64,000 nt of DNA from Williopsis jadinii (taxonomy: Eukaryota). The position numbers were made by a program, and so were the translations under genes. Below, piece after piece: positions 22,844-35,335 of the stretch. Each line of letters opens with the position of its first letter. Position 1 is the first letter of the stretch. The notes beneath the pieces were generated by a model. It searched no databases. It was not told the DNA's origin and saw nothing but the letters and a program-made list of their open reading frames with translations. The stretch is taken from positions 868,001 through 932,000 of the forward strand of contig AP024664.1 of NCBI GenBank assembly GCA_024346625.1. Reading direction: 5' to 3'.

Positions 22844-23779
22844 TCAGGCAGTGAGTTGCTTGACTGGTGCAAGACCAGTCAGAGGGCCCAGGAGCTTCAT
22901 CTTTGTATTGTAGTCCAGCGATGAGTTTCTGTTCAGAGAGTTGATGACAACCTCAGCGTTCAACTTGAGCTGCGGAGTCTTCATCTTTTGTAGCACGCTC
23001 TCAGGAGCAAAGTGGGACTTACCGTTAAGCACTCCGGTGACATCTGCCTCTCCATTGGCCTTGAGTTCCATGTACGCCTTCAAGATTCTCGAGTTTGGGG
23101 TCTGGGAAGTGAATGGTGATGTCTCCAACAAGCTTGAAATCGTGACAGGTTCTGGGATGTATTGTTTAGCAATGAGGTCCAAGTTAGGGTTCACGTACGT
23201 TATGTTTTCAGCTCTGCTATTGGCTGAACGTCTGCTGTTGCCGTTGTTCTTCTTAGCACCGCCTCTAGCTCTTTGACCTTGCGGACGACCTTGGGCACTT
23301 GTAGAAGTGGCGTCTCTGTTCACAAAGCGTCTGTCCTTGGCCTTGACTCTAACTCTTTGTTGCTTCGAGCCACCAGAGACCGACCCTGTGGCTGTGAAGG
23401 ACGACGCAACCTCATCGAATCCGTCCAGGTTTGTTTGTAGTCTCTTTGGTCTATTCTGCGCTGCGGCATTCGACTGTCCCTGTCCCTGTGCCTTCGCCTC
23501 TCCTGGTTGGTTACTCTTCGCCTGTGCCTTGCCACTGGACTTGGAGCCCGAAGCTGACTTCCCACTGTGGCCACTGCTTGCTCTTGCACCTCTCTTGCCC
23601 TTGTGGGCACCGCCAGCTGCTCTGAAACTGGCAGCCGTCTTGTTCTGAGGAAGTCCCAGCTCCTTCACCTTCGCTAAGAGCGCATCGATCTCAGACTGCG
23701 CAACGCCGGAAGACGATGGCGCAGAAGAGTTATATCTCACAAACTGCTTGCTGGACGCTCTGAAGGCCTGTCTAAACAT
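22844..23779 (-). CDS. Mitochondrially targeted basic protein, possibly ribosomal mS46 (Rsm28-like), 311 aa
   Basis: Clear presequence MFRQAFRASSKQFVRYNSS and a Lys/Arg/Gly-rich disordered middle. Family identity is only tentative. Confidence 0.55.
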   Translation of the reverse strand: MFRQAFRASSKQFVRYNSSAPSSSGVAQSEIDALLAKVKELGLPQNKTAASFRAAGGAHKGKRGARASSGHSGKSASGSKSSGKAQAKSNQPGEAKAQGQGQSNAAAQNRPKRLQTNLDGFDEVASSFTATGSVSGGSKQQRVRVKAKDRRFVNRDATSTSAQGRPQGQRARGGAKKNNGNSRRSANSRAENITYVNPNLDLIAKQYIPEPVTISSLLETSPFTSQTPNSRILKAYMELKANGEADVTGVLNGKSHFAPESVLQKMKTPQLKLNAEVVINSLNRNSSLDYNTKMKLLGPLTGLAPVKQLTA

Positions 23780-24008
23780 GGTTGTTAACTATAGAAAAGC
23801 TCCAATAAACACCGATTTTCCAGTGTTGATGATCGTCACTGTTCACCTTTTTTTTTCAGGCCAATTGGGCTCTTTGGTTTTCCAATCGTCCAACATCCGA
23901 AAAGGGTAAATTCCGAGGGCGAAAAATACCCATCACCCCGGATCTTGATAAACTACAGTATATAGACCAGTAAGCTTGTATTGATTGAGCAGAAAGTGGT
24001 TAGATCTG

Positions 24009-25193
24009 TTAGTTATCGAGTATGCCCTTGCCACTGCCTTTCCACGAGCCGTGGTAGTTGTGCTGTACCAGACAAACATCCGGGTTTTCGTCCTTCTTGC
24101 CGTTGAAGTAGTGACGAGGTAGGATGAGGATGTCGTCATTGACAAGGACAGGGTCGACTATATTGGTAACGTTTTCCCAACCAAACTTGGGCCAGCGAGG
24201 GTCCCTCATACTGATAGTGGTGTCTGAAGGAGATGGGTGCTTCAGGGCTGCGAAGATCTCTTCGTAATTGTTCGGTGTAGTCACGCTGACAACGTCCAGA
24301 GTGTTGATGTACTGGAACACGGAGTGCGTGAACATGCCAGGCCCGGTGAGTTCCATGATTCCGTCGTACCAGGTGGCACTGTCCCTGTTGAAGTCATAGT
24401 CCTTGCCGTTTATCGTTGCAATCTTCTTGTTCTTGTCATAGTGATTGGTCATGATGTCGATGATGTTTGCAATGAGCTGAGCGTACAGAGGGTGGTGCTT
24501 CTTCGCCTGGAGTGTCCACTGACACAGCTGGACCCTTCTCGAGCTTATGCCAGGCCATTTGTCACAGTCACATTCAACCTCGACGCCCGCAACGGCACCC
24601 ACAGTGTTTTTCCGGCCAAAGATCGTATCGTTATACGTGATCCATTCAGGCAGCGGTCTCACGGAGAGCGTGTCGGTGTCGGTGTATGTGCCCCCTCTGG
24701 TGAATACTGCCACGTAACGGAAGAAGTCAACCTGGAGGATCTTTCTAGGGAACCTTTCGTACGCTTCAACAATCTCAGGAAACGCAGGCCCAAACTCCCT
24801 GAGCATCATTCGGAACGCCATCTGGTCATCATACATAGTATGGTTGAACCCAGGCGTCGACTTCCAGATCTCAACCTCCTTATTCGTGAACTCCTTCTTC
24901 TGCGACGTCTGGATGATGTTCTTCTCAATACCCCCCTCACCACCGTCGTAGGGGAATGCCAACCGCAACCGTTCCAATAAGGGAACCTCCAGAAGCTCAT
25001 CAATGCTCAGTACGTCCTGTCGACCGTCCCCCAGTCTAAAACTTGATATAACTCCAGAATCCACTGCACTGATAGTAAGGAACAGCTGTAGGCAGACTGC
25101 AATCGAAACAAACGCCAATAACCCCCATCTAACGCCCTTGGGGGTCTGGACAAGAGCCCAGTTCTGTAAGTCCTTCCACATGTGAGTACTCAT
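24009..25193 (-). CDS. Och1/Hoc1-family alpha-1,6-mannosyltransferase (GT32), type II membrane, 394 aa
   Basis: N-terminal TM helix, DFFRYVAVFTRGGTYTDTD (DxD), QLCQWT, TGPGMFT, HNYHGSWK. Confidence 0.85.
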   Translation of the reverse strand: MSTHMWKDLQNWALVQTPKGVRWGLLAFVSIAVCLQLFLTISAVDSGVISSFRLGDGRQDVLSIDELLEVPLLERLRLAFPYDGGEGGIEKNIIQTSQKKEFTNKEVEIWKSTPGFNHTMYDDQMAFRMMLREFGPAFPEIVEAYERFPRKILQVDFFRYVAVFTRGGTYTDTDTLSVRPLPEWITYNDTIFGRKNTVGAVAGVEVECDCDKWPGISSRRVQLCQWTLQAKKHHPLYAQLIANIIDIMTNHYDKNKKIATINGKDYDFNRDSATWYDGIMELTGPGMFTHSVFQYINTLDVVSVTTPNNYEEIFAALKHPSPSDTTISMRDPRWPKFGWENVTNIVDPVLVNDDILILPRHYFNGKKDENPDVCLVQHNYHGSWKGSGKGILDN

Positions 25194-25469
25194 CGCCTTT
25201 CTTGACCTTTTACTCAGCTGGAATGCCTAAATTCAACAATGATCTTTCTCCATCAACCAAATTTCATCAAGCGGTCATACAGCACATCGCACATCATCGT
25301 GGACGCACAGCGAAACTGTAAATCCCGGGTATATAAAACACCGCCCTCCTCGCCCGGTCCGTTCATTTACCCGCGCGAGCCCACTGACCCACGGCCCAAA
25401 CGAAAATCACAAACAGAGCCAGGGCAACCCGACAGCAACGGGCAAACAGTACAATCAACACAGGTAAAC

Positions 25470-28400
25470 ATGGCCCAGAAGGAGCCTAAAGAGGACGACA
25501 TGGCAGATCTGATGAGCTCGTCAGCTGCTAAGATCAAGTGAGTTAACGAATGAAGCATTGTGGGTGTGGGATTGGGGTTTGTTGTGATGCCAGAAGCCCC
25601 CGCCGGTTTACGTCTCCAATGGTCTTCTGCCCATAGATCAACAGCCCATAGATCAACAGTCCATTGCCGCTGATCCCTCACTCTCTGCTTAACAATGTCC
25701 TGCTCAGCGTTACTGACAGCGTCCCTCATTGGAAAGCAAACCAAACTTAGGGTCCATCAACCCGCCGTTGTTCAAGTTGATGGTTCTGGATGCCTTGAAG
25801 AACAACAACTATGACCATCTCAAGAGCCTGGTGCGCTCTGCTGACTCGGCACCCAACCACGACGATTTCCTCTCCGTGAGAAACTCGATACTCAACCTGG
25901 CAGTCCAGGTGGCCTCCGTCAAACTCATCCAGAAGCTGTTGAGCCAGGAATGCTCGTCCGAGCTGGGCGTTGACATAAACTACCAGGACACAGACGGTAA
26001 CACTCCATTGCACCTGGCTGCGCTCAACAACAGGCTCGATGTTGCTCAGCTACTGCTGAGAGATGGGCGTATTAACGATACAATACTGAACAATAATAGG
26101 AAGCAGCCGATCGAGGTGACGAAAGACTCCCATATGATTGCGCTGTTACAGTATGAGCAATCCCAATATCTGGAGAAGATTGCTCTTGATTTTAGGAAAT
26201 CCTTCATTGACCATGACTTTGCCAGATTGGATGAGATCCTCTTGCAACCGAGAAACGCAGAGCTACTGGACATCAATGGCAATGATCCGGAATCAGGCGA
26301 TACTGTGCTCCATGAATTCGTCAAGAAGAACGACATAGGCATGGTGCAATGGATCTTGAGTCATGGAGGAGATCCTTTCAAAAGAGATAAGAAGGGTAGA
26401 CTGGCCATCGATCTGGTGCCAAAGACGAACGAGACGATGAAGCAGATCCTCAGAGATGCCACCCAGAATCAAACTGTCATCAACATGAATGAGGTTTCCT
26501 CTCTTACAGTGCCAACGTTTAAGGGTTACTTGAACAAATGGACCAATTTCGCTGGTGGTTATAAGCTTCGTTGGTTTGTCCTGGACGCCAATGGAGTGCT
26601 GTCATACTACAAGAGCCAGGATGACTCCAACAGTGCATGTAGAGGCAGTTTGAACATGAGAACTGCCACTTTACACTTGGACTCCTCAGAAAAGATGAAG
26701 TTTGAAATCGAAGGTAAAACTGGGGTCAGTTGGCATCTGAGAGGCAACCATCCTACAGAGACAAACAGATGGGTATGGGCTCTCCAAGGTGCTATTAGAT
26801 ACGCTAAGGATAAAGATGCTGAGAGGATACGCAGATCAACAAGCAGTGCTTTGAACGTTGAGGATGGCTTTAAAAAGCTTGGTTATAAGTCACCTAGACT
26901 GCCAACTAGTGAGCCAGATGCTCCATTTGGTAACAGCATCGACAATAAGCCTGAGCTGCAGAAGAGAAGATCTGTCACTGCTGTGATTGTCAATGACTCG
27001 GATGACGATGAAGGCGATGAGTCAGACGAGTTCATCGGTGGCGATGATAATGACGACTCTGATTTGAATGCAGGCCCATTTGCACAGGACATCTCCATGG
27101 CAAAGAGTGGGTTCAAGACACAGTTAGACGCATTAAGGGAACTTTTGCAGAACATGCAACTATGTGGTACCTCTCAAGAGGCTGTTGTGATATCGCTTAC
27201 TGCAGTCAATTCGATGATTGAGTCGTACGAGGAGCTCATCAACCTCGTTGAGAAAAGAGACTCACGGTTGGTTAAAAATTTGCATAAACAGAAGGATATC
27301 AACGGTCTTTGGATCAACTCCATGAGAGACCTGGAGAATGAGTTGATAGCTAAGAACAACGAATTGGAGACCTTTGAATCAGAAAGAAGAAAAATCAAAA
27401 GAGTGTTGACCAAGAAATTCGGCTACTCCACCACAAGCCTTGAGCACGTTCCAACCATAGAGAGTATAGCTGAATCGTCTGGAGATGGTGCTGAACAAGG
27501 TGATTATGCAGCTGATGCGGAAATCTCTAGAATCTTGGGATCGGATGAGTCAGAGGATGAGTTCTTTGATGCCGATGATTTCTCAGACGATGAGGAAGAT
27601 ACAGAGGTGAACGTGCTGCAACAAGACGATGGTTATGCAACAGAGACTGAAGACGAATCTGTCGTGACCCCACATCTGGAAGAGGTGTACACCGAAGCGC
27701 AGAAGAACAAGCTGGCTTTGATTGACCATGACAAGTCATTTCTCGGGTATGAAGATCCACCAAGAACTGAACTTGGGCTCAAAGTGGATGAACGTCCCGT
27801 TGTTAGTTTATGGGGAATTTTGAAGTCCATGATCGGCAAAGATATTACCAAAATTGCATTACCTGTTGCATTCAATGAACCAACCTCCATGCTGCAAAGA
27901 TTAGCTGAAGATTTCGAATACAGCTCATTGTTAGAACAAGCTGCCAGTTTTGAGGATTCTTCTTTAAGAATGCTTTACGTCGCAGTTTTCAACATGTCTC
28001 AATACTCTTCCACGATTAACCGTGTTGCCAAACCATTCAACCCATTGCTTGGTGAAACTTATGAGTATAGCAGACCTGACCTTGGTTTCAGATTTGTTTC
28101 CGAACAAGTGAGTCACCATCCTCCTATCTCAGCTTTGATTGCAGAACACACGAAATGGGATTACTACGGTGAAACATCTGTTCGATCTGGTTTCAATGGC
28201 CGTTCGTTCGACGTTCAGCCAACTGCGACGTGGTATTTACATTTGAGGCCAGATCACGGTGATGAAGAGGTTTATTCCTGGAAAAAGCTTACAACCTCTG
28301 TCGTTGGCATATTGGTTGGAAGTCCAAGCATTGATAACTATGGAGATATGATCATTACAAACCATAAAACAGGTGACCAATGCATTGTCACGTTCAAACC

Positions 28401-28953
28401 TCGTGGTTGGAGAAGTGGTCAAGTTTATGAAATGTCAGGTTTGGTTACTGATAAGTATGGCAACAAGAAATGGGCCATTGGTGGCCATTGGAATTCCAAG
28501 GTTTATGGAAAGAAGATTCTTTCTGATGACATGCACATCGATAAGAAAGCGACTGCTGTTGAAGGCGGTCCTGTTGATGATGGTTCGAAATTCCTAATCT
28601 GGAGTGCTAAACCAAGACCAACCGTTCCTTTCAACTTGACATCGTATGCTATAAGTCTCAACGCTCCACAGCCAAGTTTGATGGAATGGGTTGCAAAGTC
28701 AGATACCAGGCTCAGGCCTGATCAAAGGGCCATGGAGGATGGACTATACGACGATGCTGGTGATCTGAAACTATACGTTGAGGAGAAGCAGAGGGCAGCT
28801 AGAAAGGCACGTGAAGAGCAGAACGTTGAATATGAGCCGAACTTCTTCTTCAAAGATGTTCATCCGATAACCGGTGAGGAGTACTGGAAATTTACCGGTG
28901 ACTATTGGAATCTAAGATCTCAAAAGAAGCTTCCTTCTGTTGATATCTTCTGA
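25470..28953 (+). CDS. SWH1: Oxysterol-binding protein Osh1/Osh2 (ankyrin-PH-FFAT-ORD); join(25470..25537,25737..28953), 1094 aa
   Basis: Ankyrin GNTPLHLAA, PH KGYLNKWTNFAGGYKLRWFVL, FFAT EFFDA, ORD EQVSHHPP. Predicted intron: GTGAGT at 25538, TACTGAC at 25711-25717, in-frame AAG acceptor ending 25736. Confidence 0.88.
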
Positions 28954-29248
28954 GTCCCCAGTGTCTCGACTGTTAACCTCGCGTGGGTTGGTACATATGC
29001 AGATCTGTGAATGATGTATATGTGAATTTGATCTAAAATAAGCAAAGCACTTAGCGGACGATTTGCGTGTGAAGACGAGACACGCTTATACGATCGTGGC
29101 GAAGCTGTAGCGACAGAACGGGGAGAGTATCTACGTCATGTGTTATTTACATCGATGAGCATGTCTTTTCTTCTCCTTCTCCTGGCCAGTGCGAAGTATG
29201 CTCGTGCTGTTATTGACGTAGCACACATGGCGACTGAATCGTTGATCC

Positions 29249-29448
29249 GGACGCGTCCATGCGTCACGAACTACGTGTATACACGCGTCACGCGTCCTAG
29301 TTCTTGTTACGTGTACAATGAGGTCAGACAAAAGGAAGCCCGCACCCGGGATTCATCGCCGCTGCAAAGCCCCCGTCACCGCATTGGCACTGCTCCAACC
29401 CCAAGCCACCGTATTATGGCTAAATCTGCCTGTTCTATACCTACGCGT
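29249..29448. promoter_or_regulatory. MCB (ACGCGT) cluster upstream of the SKG3/CAF120-like gene
   Basis: ACGCGT at 29251, 29283, 29290 and 29443. Confidence 0.55.
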
Positions 29449-29665
29449 GTTTTCTTGCACTGCCATCGAAGGGAATAAGACTTTCACTGGCAGATGGCGC
29501 CTTCCTCATTCGGATCCACGCCGCCAGATCAGCCTGCCTCGATGTGGATGGGTCCTTCCTTTTTGGGACTGGAAAACGCCGAAAACAGACAGCCGCTATG
29601 AAAAATTGTCCTATCCAAATGTCCGAATATTTTTCTGGACCAGCAGACTGCACATGTTGTTACGC

Positions 29666-29686
29666 TGTGTGTGTGTGTGTGTGTGT
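29666..29686. repeat. (TG)n microsatellite
   Basis: About 10 TG units visible. Confidence 0.9.
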
Positions 29687-29830
29687 CTTTGTCGCTGCGG
29701 TTTGTCCCTCCAAATGACGCAAGAGTTTTAGCCACGTAGCGCTAAGTCCTTTGCTTGATGGCCTGTGTTGAGCCATCGATTCAAGAGCAGGCACAGTCAC
29801 AACTACGATCGCTCTCTCACGCCGATAGTG

Positions 29831-29894
29831 ACACCGCGGATCAGTGAATTGCACCGTGGATCAGTAAATGGCACCGTGGATCACTGAATGGCAC
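29831..29894. repeat. 20-bp minisatellite x3.2 (GCACCGTGGATCAGTGAATG)
   Basis: Units start at 29831, 29851, 29871, with a partial at 29891. Confidence 0.9.
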
Positions 29895-30477
29895 GGAGAA
29901 ACGCAAAATGATCACACGGATGTGTAGCCACCGTTTCCACGGAAACACCCCCCCCCCCACCTCCAACTTGGCCACAAGACTCGTCGTAACGAGAAATTTC
30001 ATAACAAATCGAAGCGCACATTTGGGGAAACCAGCCTCGATGGTTTACAAACACGAAAAGCGCATCCTAATCAGGGGCGCGAGCCTCAAAGCCTTGGCCT
30101 AAGAAAAAGCGAGAAAAAAAACATTACCTTCGTACTTTTCTGGGCGGCAACTAAAGCGATCCACAAACACCTTTACCGCCCACTTTTTGTTCACTCTTTT
30201 GTTTGTGTTTTTATTTGTTTACTTTGTTGTTGATAAACGTGAACAGCGAAGTGTTGTATCAGTTGTACTATACTTGCTTCAATAGTCTCACTTGACTGCT
30301 TACTGTTGTGTCTTTGTTGATAAGTCACGTACTGAGGCCTCGTTATATAAGCGCACAGTGCGATTTTGGGGTTTTCTAGGTTGTGTTTAAGCGCTGGACA
30401 AGAAGCAACAGCGGTAGCAATAGCACCAACGAACTAAGAAGCCACAACCAAATAACAATCCTGGCTACGCATCCGCC

Positions 30478-33400
30478 ATGAAGCGTCTCTTCTCTGGACA
30501 AAAGTCCGGGTCGTCATCTCCAAAGATTCTACAGGGCCACTTTAGATCGAGATCTAACACCGCCAACACCGTGGAGTCCACAGGTGAGCTGCCACCCCCG
30601 CAACCCAGCGAGACAAAGTTCAATAGCGAGGTGAGCCCAGAGCTGGCGCCTATCGTGACGCTGCTGAGTACACAGGCGCATCGCCGCTATAACGAAGGTG
30701 TGTTTATGCTCCTGCAGTCCATTAACGTTGACGGTGAGCCTGTGCCGAACCGCCAGTGGAGGGAAGTGTATGGTGTGCTCTTAGGAACACAGCTTGCCGT
30801 GTGGAACGTTGAGGAACTCGACAAATGCCAGAACGACGTTGAGAAGTTGCTCAGTGCAAGCTCTAAACCTGATTACATCAACTTTACAGACTCCTCCTTC
30901 CGTGCGGTGGAGAAGCTCGAGAACAGCAACGGCTTGAAAAACGTGATCATTGTTTCAACTACGCTAAAGAACCAGTATCTGCTACAGTATCCGGAACTGG
31001 AGGACTTTCACAGATGGAACGCTGCATTCAGACTGGCAACATTTGAATACACATCGCTTCAGGAGGCTTATACAGGTGCTATCCTGTCTGCTCGAGGACC
31101 CAAATTGTCGGATATTAGAACAATTCTCACAGCTACAAAGTTTGATCACGAAGATTGGGTAAGCGTACGGTTCGGATCCGGAATGCCTTGGAAACGTTGT
31201 TATGCAGTTATTGAACAACCTCAGAAGAAGGCCAGGAAGGGTAAAGTCTACAAAGGTTCTGTATCGTTTTATCAAGATGAAAAGAAGCACAAGAAAACCG
31301 CAATGGCTGTTATACGAGATGCAAGCGCAGCTTACGCACTATACCCAAACTCAGTGAAGATGATTGATCATAGTACAATGATTAAACTAGAGGGGACAGT
31401 ATACTTTGATTCGTCAAAGAATGCACTTCCAAAGGAAGCGTCTGTGTATTTCATGCCAGAACAACACAACGCAGTTCCAGGCTACGATACGTTAATCAGA
31501 TTTTTGGTTCCATTGTTAAATGCATTTGCCCTATATGGAAGACCCAAGAGACTGAATGCTGAGAAGAGGGATCCAGATTCCTTACTATTTGGTTTACCAA
31601 CGTTACCCCACGTCCATTATTTGGAAGTGGATGACCTCATCTTATTAGTCAATAATTCGGGGTCTTCAAATTGGCTTGTTACTGAATGGCGAACCAAGAT
31701 CAAGGAAATATTGAGAAGAAAATTAGAATCTGGGTACACCGGTTGTGGCTCATCTCATGGTGTTCTTGCTGCAATGAACTCTCCAGCTATTAGTTCCAGC
31801 GAATTTATGAGTGTTACCAAGAGTGGTTCAAACTTGACATTGGATAGGGCTATTTCACCATTGACTCCTGGTTTCTTCCCGGCTCCAAAGTTTAGAAGAG
31901 ATTCATCTGCTTCGAGATCCAGTTCACTGGGAAACTTTGCTTCGCCAGACCAAGGCTCAGAACAAGACTCACCACCAAATCCAGATAGAGACGCGGATCT
32001 GAGCCAGATATACGAAGGGTATAGCAATGTTGCTAGAATGGGTGATTTGCAACATGATCAACATGATAATAAGTCAGAAGATAGTTTGAATGTCACTAGA
32101 CCAGTTGGTTCTGGTATTGGTTTTTCATCAAACACAAGCGGATTATCAAATCCTTACTTAACCCATCAAACTGCATCTTATAATACTTCGAAGCTGGACA
32201 CCCCAATCAAACTCTCTGATCCTCCAAAATCTTCGAAGAACCCTTATGATCAATTCAGGAAGAATCAAAACCTGGAACTTGATGAAGACTTTGATGATGA
32301 AGAGATTTTCCAAAAGGGTGTCTCAGGACTCTCAATTGACGATAGTCCAAAGAAAGATATTGGGAACCCTCAGAAGCTCGATTCAGCAGTTAGTGGCGTG
32401 AATAAGACTAGTCATCCAATATTGGATCAGAAGTACTTAAATGAGAAGTCTTTGCCAAGTCCAACAGATGCACCAAAAGATTTTGGAAACCAATCACAGC
32501 CAAAGAAGCTTTACGAAAATTATCATGGTCGCATTTCGATACCTCAGCAGCAGCAGCAGCAGCAACAGCAGCTTTCATTTGAACAGCCAAACTCCATGAG
32601 TACAGGACAAAGCGTTCCAAGACAAGATTTTCAGACATTTGGTGAGCAGAGGTCAAGCTCTAGAGATATCCCTCAAGGACCTAGACCTCCACAGCATAGA
32701 CATCAAGAGCAAGGGTCACAACTTCCATATCCACCTGTATCCACTAGCACCTCTGGTTCGTACCGTGGTTCATCTCCTCCAAAATCAAACGTCGCACAAT
32801 CACAGTACGCTAAGCAATCAGTGGAACCACCAGAGTCCAACCTACAAAAACCATATACACCACCAAATGCTATGTCTCAGCGACAACAGAGACCTTACTC
32901 ACCGCAGCAAATACCTCCTCAGCAGCAAGGCCCATCAAACTCTGGTCCGTACCAACAAAGACCTCGTCCTCCACAGAGTCAACAACAAGTACCGTCACAG
33001 GGTCAGAGAAGACCGCCACAACAGGGCTATCCACAGCAACAAGGATATCCACAGCAAAGGGGGTACCCACAACAGAAACCACTGCAACAGCAAGGTTATC
33101 CACAACAGAATGGTTATCCACCACAACAACAGCAGCAGGGGCACCCATCACATCAGGGATTCAAACCACAGAACTACGGGAAGGGTGGATATCCGCAACC
33201 TCAACAGAAACGCCCACCACAGAATTATGGCGCTCCTCGTCCTCAGCAACAACCTTACCCACCTCAGCAACAACCTTACCCACCTCAGCAACAACCTTAC
33301 CCACCTCAGCAACAACCTTTCCCACCTCAGCAACAACCTTTCCCACCTCAGCAACAACCTTTCCCACCTCAGCAATATCAACAGCGCCCGGCACAACCTT

Positions 33401-33576
33401 ATAAACAACCAGCTGGACAAGGTTATGACCAGCCGCAATATCAAAATCAAAACACTTTTAACTCCAGCTCTCCACAGCGCAGACCTGTTGGCAATGGAGG
33501 TGGAGCTAATGCCCAGAATCAAAACCCATACAGTCAAGGGAATCCATACGCTGAAGGGAATCCATATGTGGGCTGA
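30478..33576 (+). CDS. Skg3/Caf120-family PH-like domain protein with Q/P-rich tail, 1032 aa
   Basis: [63 protein letters not shown]. Confidence 0.85.
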   Translation: MKRLFSGQKSGSSSPKILQGHFRSRSNTANTVESTGELPPPQPSETKFNSEVSPELAPIVTLLSTQAHRRYNEGVFMLLQSINVDGEPVPNRQWREVYGVLLGTQLAVWNVEELDKCQNDVEKLLSASSKPDYINFTDSSFRAVEKLENSNGLKNVIIVSTTLKNQYLLQYPELEDFHRWNAAFRLATFEYTSLQEAYTGAILSARGPKLSDIRTILTATKFDHEDWVSVRFGSGMPWKRCYAVIEQPQKKARKGKVYKGSVSFYQDEKKHKKTAMAVIRDASAAYALYPNSVKMIDHSTMIKLEGTVYFDSSKNALPKEASVYFMPEQHNAVPGYDTLIRFLVPLLNAFALYGRPKRLNAEKRDPDSLLFGLPTLPHVHYLEVDDLILLVNNSGSSNWLVTEWRTKIKEILRRKLESGYTGCGSSHGVLAAMNSPAISSSEFMSVTKSGSNLTLDRAISPLTPGFFPAPKFRRDSSASRSSSLGNFASPDQGSEQDSPPNPDRDADLSQIYEGYSNVARMGDLQHDQHDNKSEDSLNVTRPVGSGIGFSSNTSGLSNPYLTHQTASYNTSKLDTPIKLSDPPKSSKNPYDQFRKNQNLELDEDFDDEEIFQKGVSGLSIDDSPKKDIGNPQKLDSAVSGVNKTSHPILDQKYLNEKSLPSPTDAPKDFGNQSQPKKLYENYHGRISIPQQQQQQQQQLSFEQPNSMSTGQSVPRQDFQTFGEQRSSSRDIPQGPRPPQHRHQEQGSQLPYPPVSTSTSGSYRGSSPPKSNVAQSQYAKQSVEPPESNLQKPYTPPNAMSQRQQRPYSPQQIPPQQQGPSNSGPYQQRPRPPQSQQQVPSQGQRRPPQQGYPQQQGYPQQRGYPQQKPLQQQGYPQQNGYPPQQQQQGHPSHQGFKPQNYGKGGYPQPQQKRPPQNYGAPRPQQQPYPPQQQPYPPQQQPYPPQQQPFPPQQQPFPPQQQPFPPQQYQQRPAQPYKQPAGQGYDQPQYQNQNTFNSSSPQRRPVGNGGGANAQNQNPYSQGNPYAEGNPYVG
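33241..33375 (+). repeat. Coding 21-nt tandem repeat x6.4 encoding PQQQP(Y/F)P
   Basis: Units of CCTCAGCAACAACCTT(A/T)CCCA. Confidence 0.95.
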
Positions 33577-33667
33577 AGATGGTGTACATATGGTCACTTA
33601 TGTGTATATGTATATGCTCTCCATTATCTTTAATGATAACTCGGCATCATCTTAATGGAATTATACT

Positions 33668-35335
33668 CTATCTAGTATAAACATGGCTACTTCTCAATAT
33701 TTTCATCACTACTGGTGCATTTGACCAGGCAATTCCCAAGTGCTCAAATCTGTCTTGTTCTCCATCTGTGAAATCAACCCGAAGTCCTGTCGATTCCCCT
33801 ACCTGGTAATAAGCACAGATTGTATACATTTCACAGTAGTCTCTCGCTATCCAAGGTCCCCACGGTATCTGTTGAAAATCCAGATTCGGTTTGTTATATC
33901 CTTCAGGTGGTATGAGTGCATGTTTGATCTTTAAAGGCGACTTGTTAAATTCACTGATCTCAGTGATGTTCATTCCCTTATAGAACGGGTTGTCGATATC
34001 GATTGCGCTTCTTTTACAAAACGTGAAACCAGAGTTCATCCAAAGCAGAGTATGGTTATCAGAGTCATCTATATGGCCAGGATGATTTGAACACAATTCA
34101 ATCTGGTGTGAATCTGGGTAGTGTGTTCTCTCTGGATCTGTTGGAATTTCACCCAGAGAGGCAGCAGCATTGCCATTGAAGTGATAGTCCTCGTCACCGG
34201 ATACTGATAGCGATAACCAGTAAAGCTCCTTGTCTCCCCATACTCTTGTTGTCAATGAGTTCTTGTGTAGCACCATGCTGATGGCCATAGGAGCGCTATA
34301 GAACTTGCGAGTTCTGTTAACAACGACAACGCCAGCTTCTTGTAAGTGGTGGAAACCACTAAAGAACGGCAACGATAATGTTTTCTTTGTTGGCAACTGG
34401 ATTCCATATATGCTGTCCTTAGCGTGTGGTAGCAGGTTCTCAAAGAACTCGGGAGTGCCCTCGATTGGATGCTTTGATAGGACAGTTCTATCTCTGAAGA
34501 ACAAGGCTCCATGGTGCTTATAATGTGCCAAGTTGAAAAACTCCTGTAATGGTACAAAGGGCACAGTATCAACATCGATGAGTATCATCTCGCTGGAGGA
34601 GTTGAACAGGTACGCCAGGAACTTGTTAGCAAATTTGTTGAAGGCATACTTGAAGTCGCCAGATATCGATTTTGAAACGTTAACAAACATAATCTCCAAT
34701 GGAGGTAAGGATGAACCCAGTTCTTTCACATTCAGTATCTTGGAAACCTCCTCATCGTTGATGAGGTCAGCACTCGCCAGTTTGTTCAAGGACCCTTCAA
34801 CGAACTCTGAAATGTCACCTTTGTGAACAATTTGTAGAGGTATGTCGACCTCAAGGACCCTAAGGTACGTAATGAGGTGGATAAGTCCCTTGAAGTGCCT
34901 CTCTGTTGCGCTCACGACGATTCCCTTAGAGTGTAGCTGTGAGTGAATGCTGCTTAGTATACACCCTTTCTCAGGGTATTGAAACAGAGGCATTCTATTA
35001 CCATTCTTTGTGATGGTTGGAGGTGTTCTCGTGAGCCACGGGAACAGGTGTTGTTCGACGTCTGGCTCACACTGTACACCTAGCTTAAACACACATTGGT
35101 TGAAGATCCTCACAGCCTCGACGTTCCTTGGATCAAACGTTGTACTCTCAAAGTCTACGCCGAGTGGCAGGTCCCCTTTAACTGTGGCCATCCATTCCAA
35201 GCACTTGTCCACTTCATCTCCACCGTGTGCCAGGGAGTTGTTACGAGGTACTGTGTCCCTCGATAGATGCCATACTGCAAGGAAAAGCAGGGTCGCAACA
35301 AGCGCAGTACTTATTCTTCTGGTGATTCTCATCAC
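33668..35335 (-). CDS. Mnn1/Mnt-family alpha-1,3-mannosyltransferase (GT71), 555 aa
   Basis: N-terminal TM, GIVVSA, LQIVHKGD, NKFLAYLFNS, DVD motif, FFRDR, QEAGVVVVNR, VWGDKELYWL. Confidence 0.88.
   Translation of the reverse strand: MMRITRRISTALVATLLFLAVWHLSRDTVPRNNSLAHGGDEVDKCLEWMATVKGDLPLGVDFESTTFDPRNVEAVRIFNQCVFKLGVQCEPDVEQHLFPWLTRTPPTITKNGNRMPLFQYPEKGCILSSIHSQLHSKGIVVSATERHFKGLIHLITYLRVLEVDIPLQIVHKGDISEFVEGSLNKLASADLINDEEVSKILNVKELGSSLPPLEIMFVNVSKSISGDFKYAFNKFANKFLAYLFNSSSEMILIDVDTVPFVPLQEFFNLAHYKHHGALFFRDRTVLSKHPIEGTPEFFENLLPHAKDSIYGIQLPTKKTLSLPFFSGFHHLQEAGVVVVNRTRKFYSAPMAISMVLHKNSLTTRVWGDKELYWLSLSVSGDEDYHFNGNAAASLGEIPTDPERTHYPDSHQIELCSNHPGHIDDSDNHTLLWMNSGFTFCKRSAIDIDNPFYKGMNITEISEFNKSPLKIKHALIPPEGYNKPNLDFQQIPWGPWIARDYCEMYTICAYYQVGESTGLRVDFTDGEQDRFEHLGIAWSNAPVVMKILRSSHVYTR

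Noticed and set aside
24237..24980. 247-aa antisense ORF over the GT32 gene
   Set aside because: Shadow ORF from codon bias of the sense gene; no recognisable domain.
32639..33655. 338-aa alternative-frame ORF with HLSNNLT repeats
   Set aside because: Off-frame reading of the Q/P repeat region of the SKG3-like gene.
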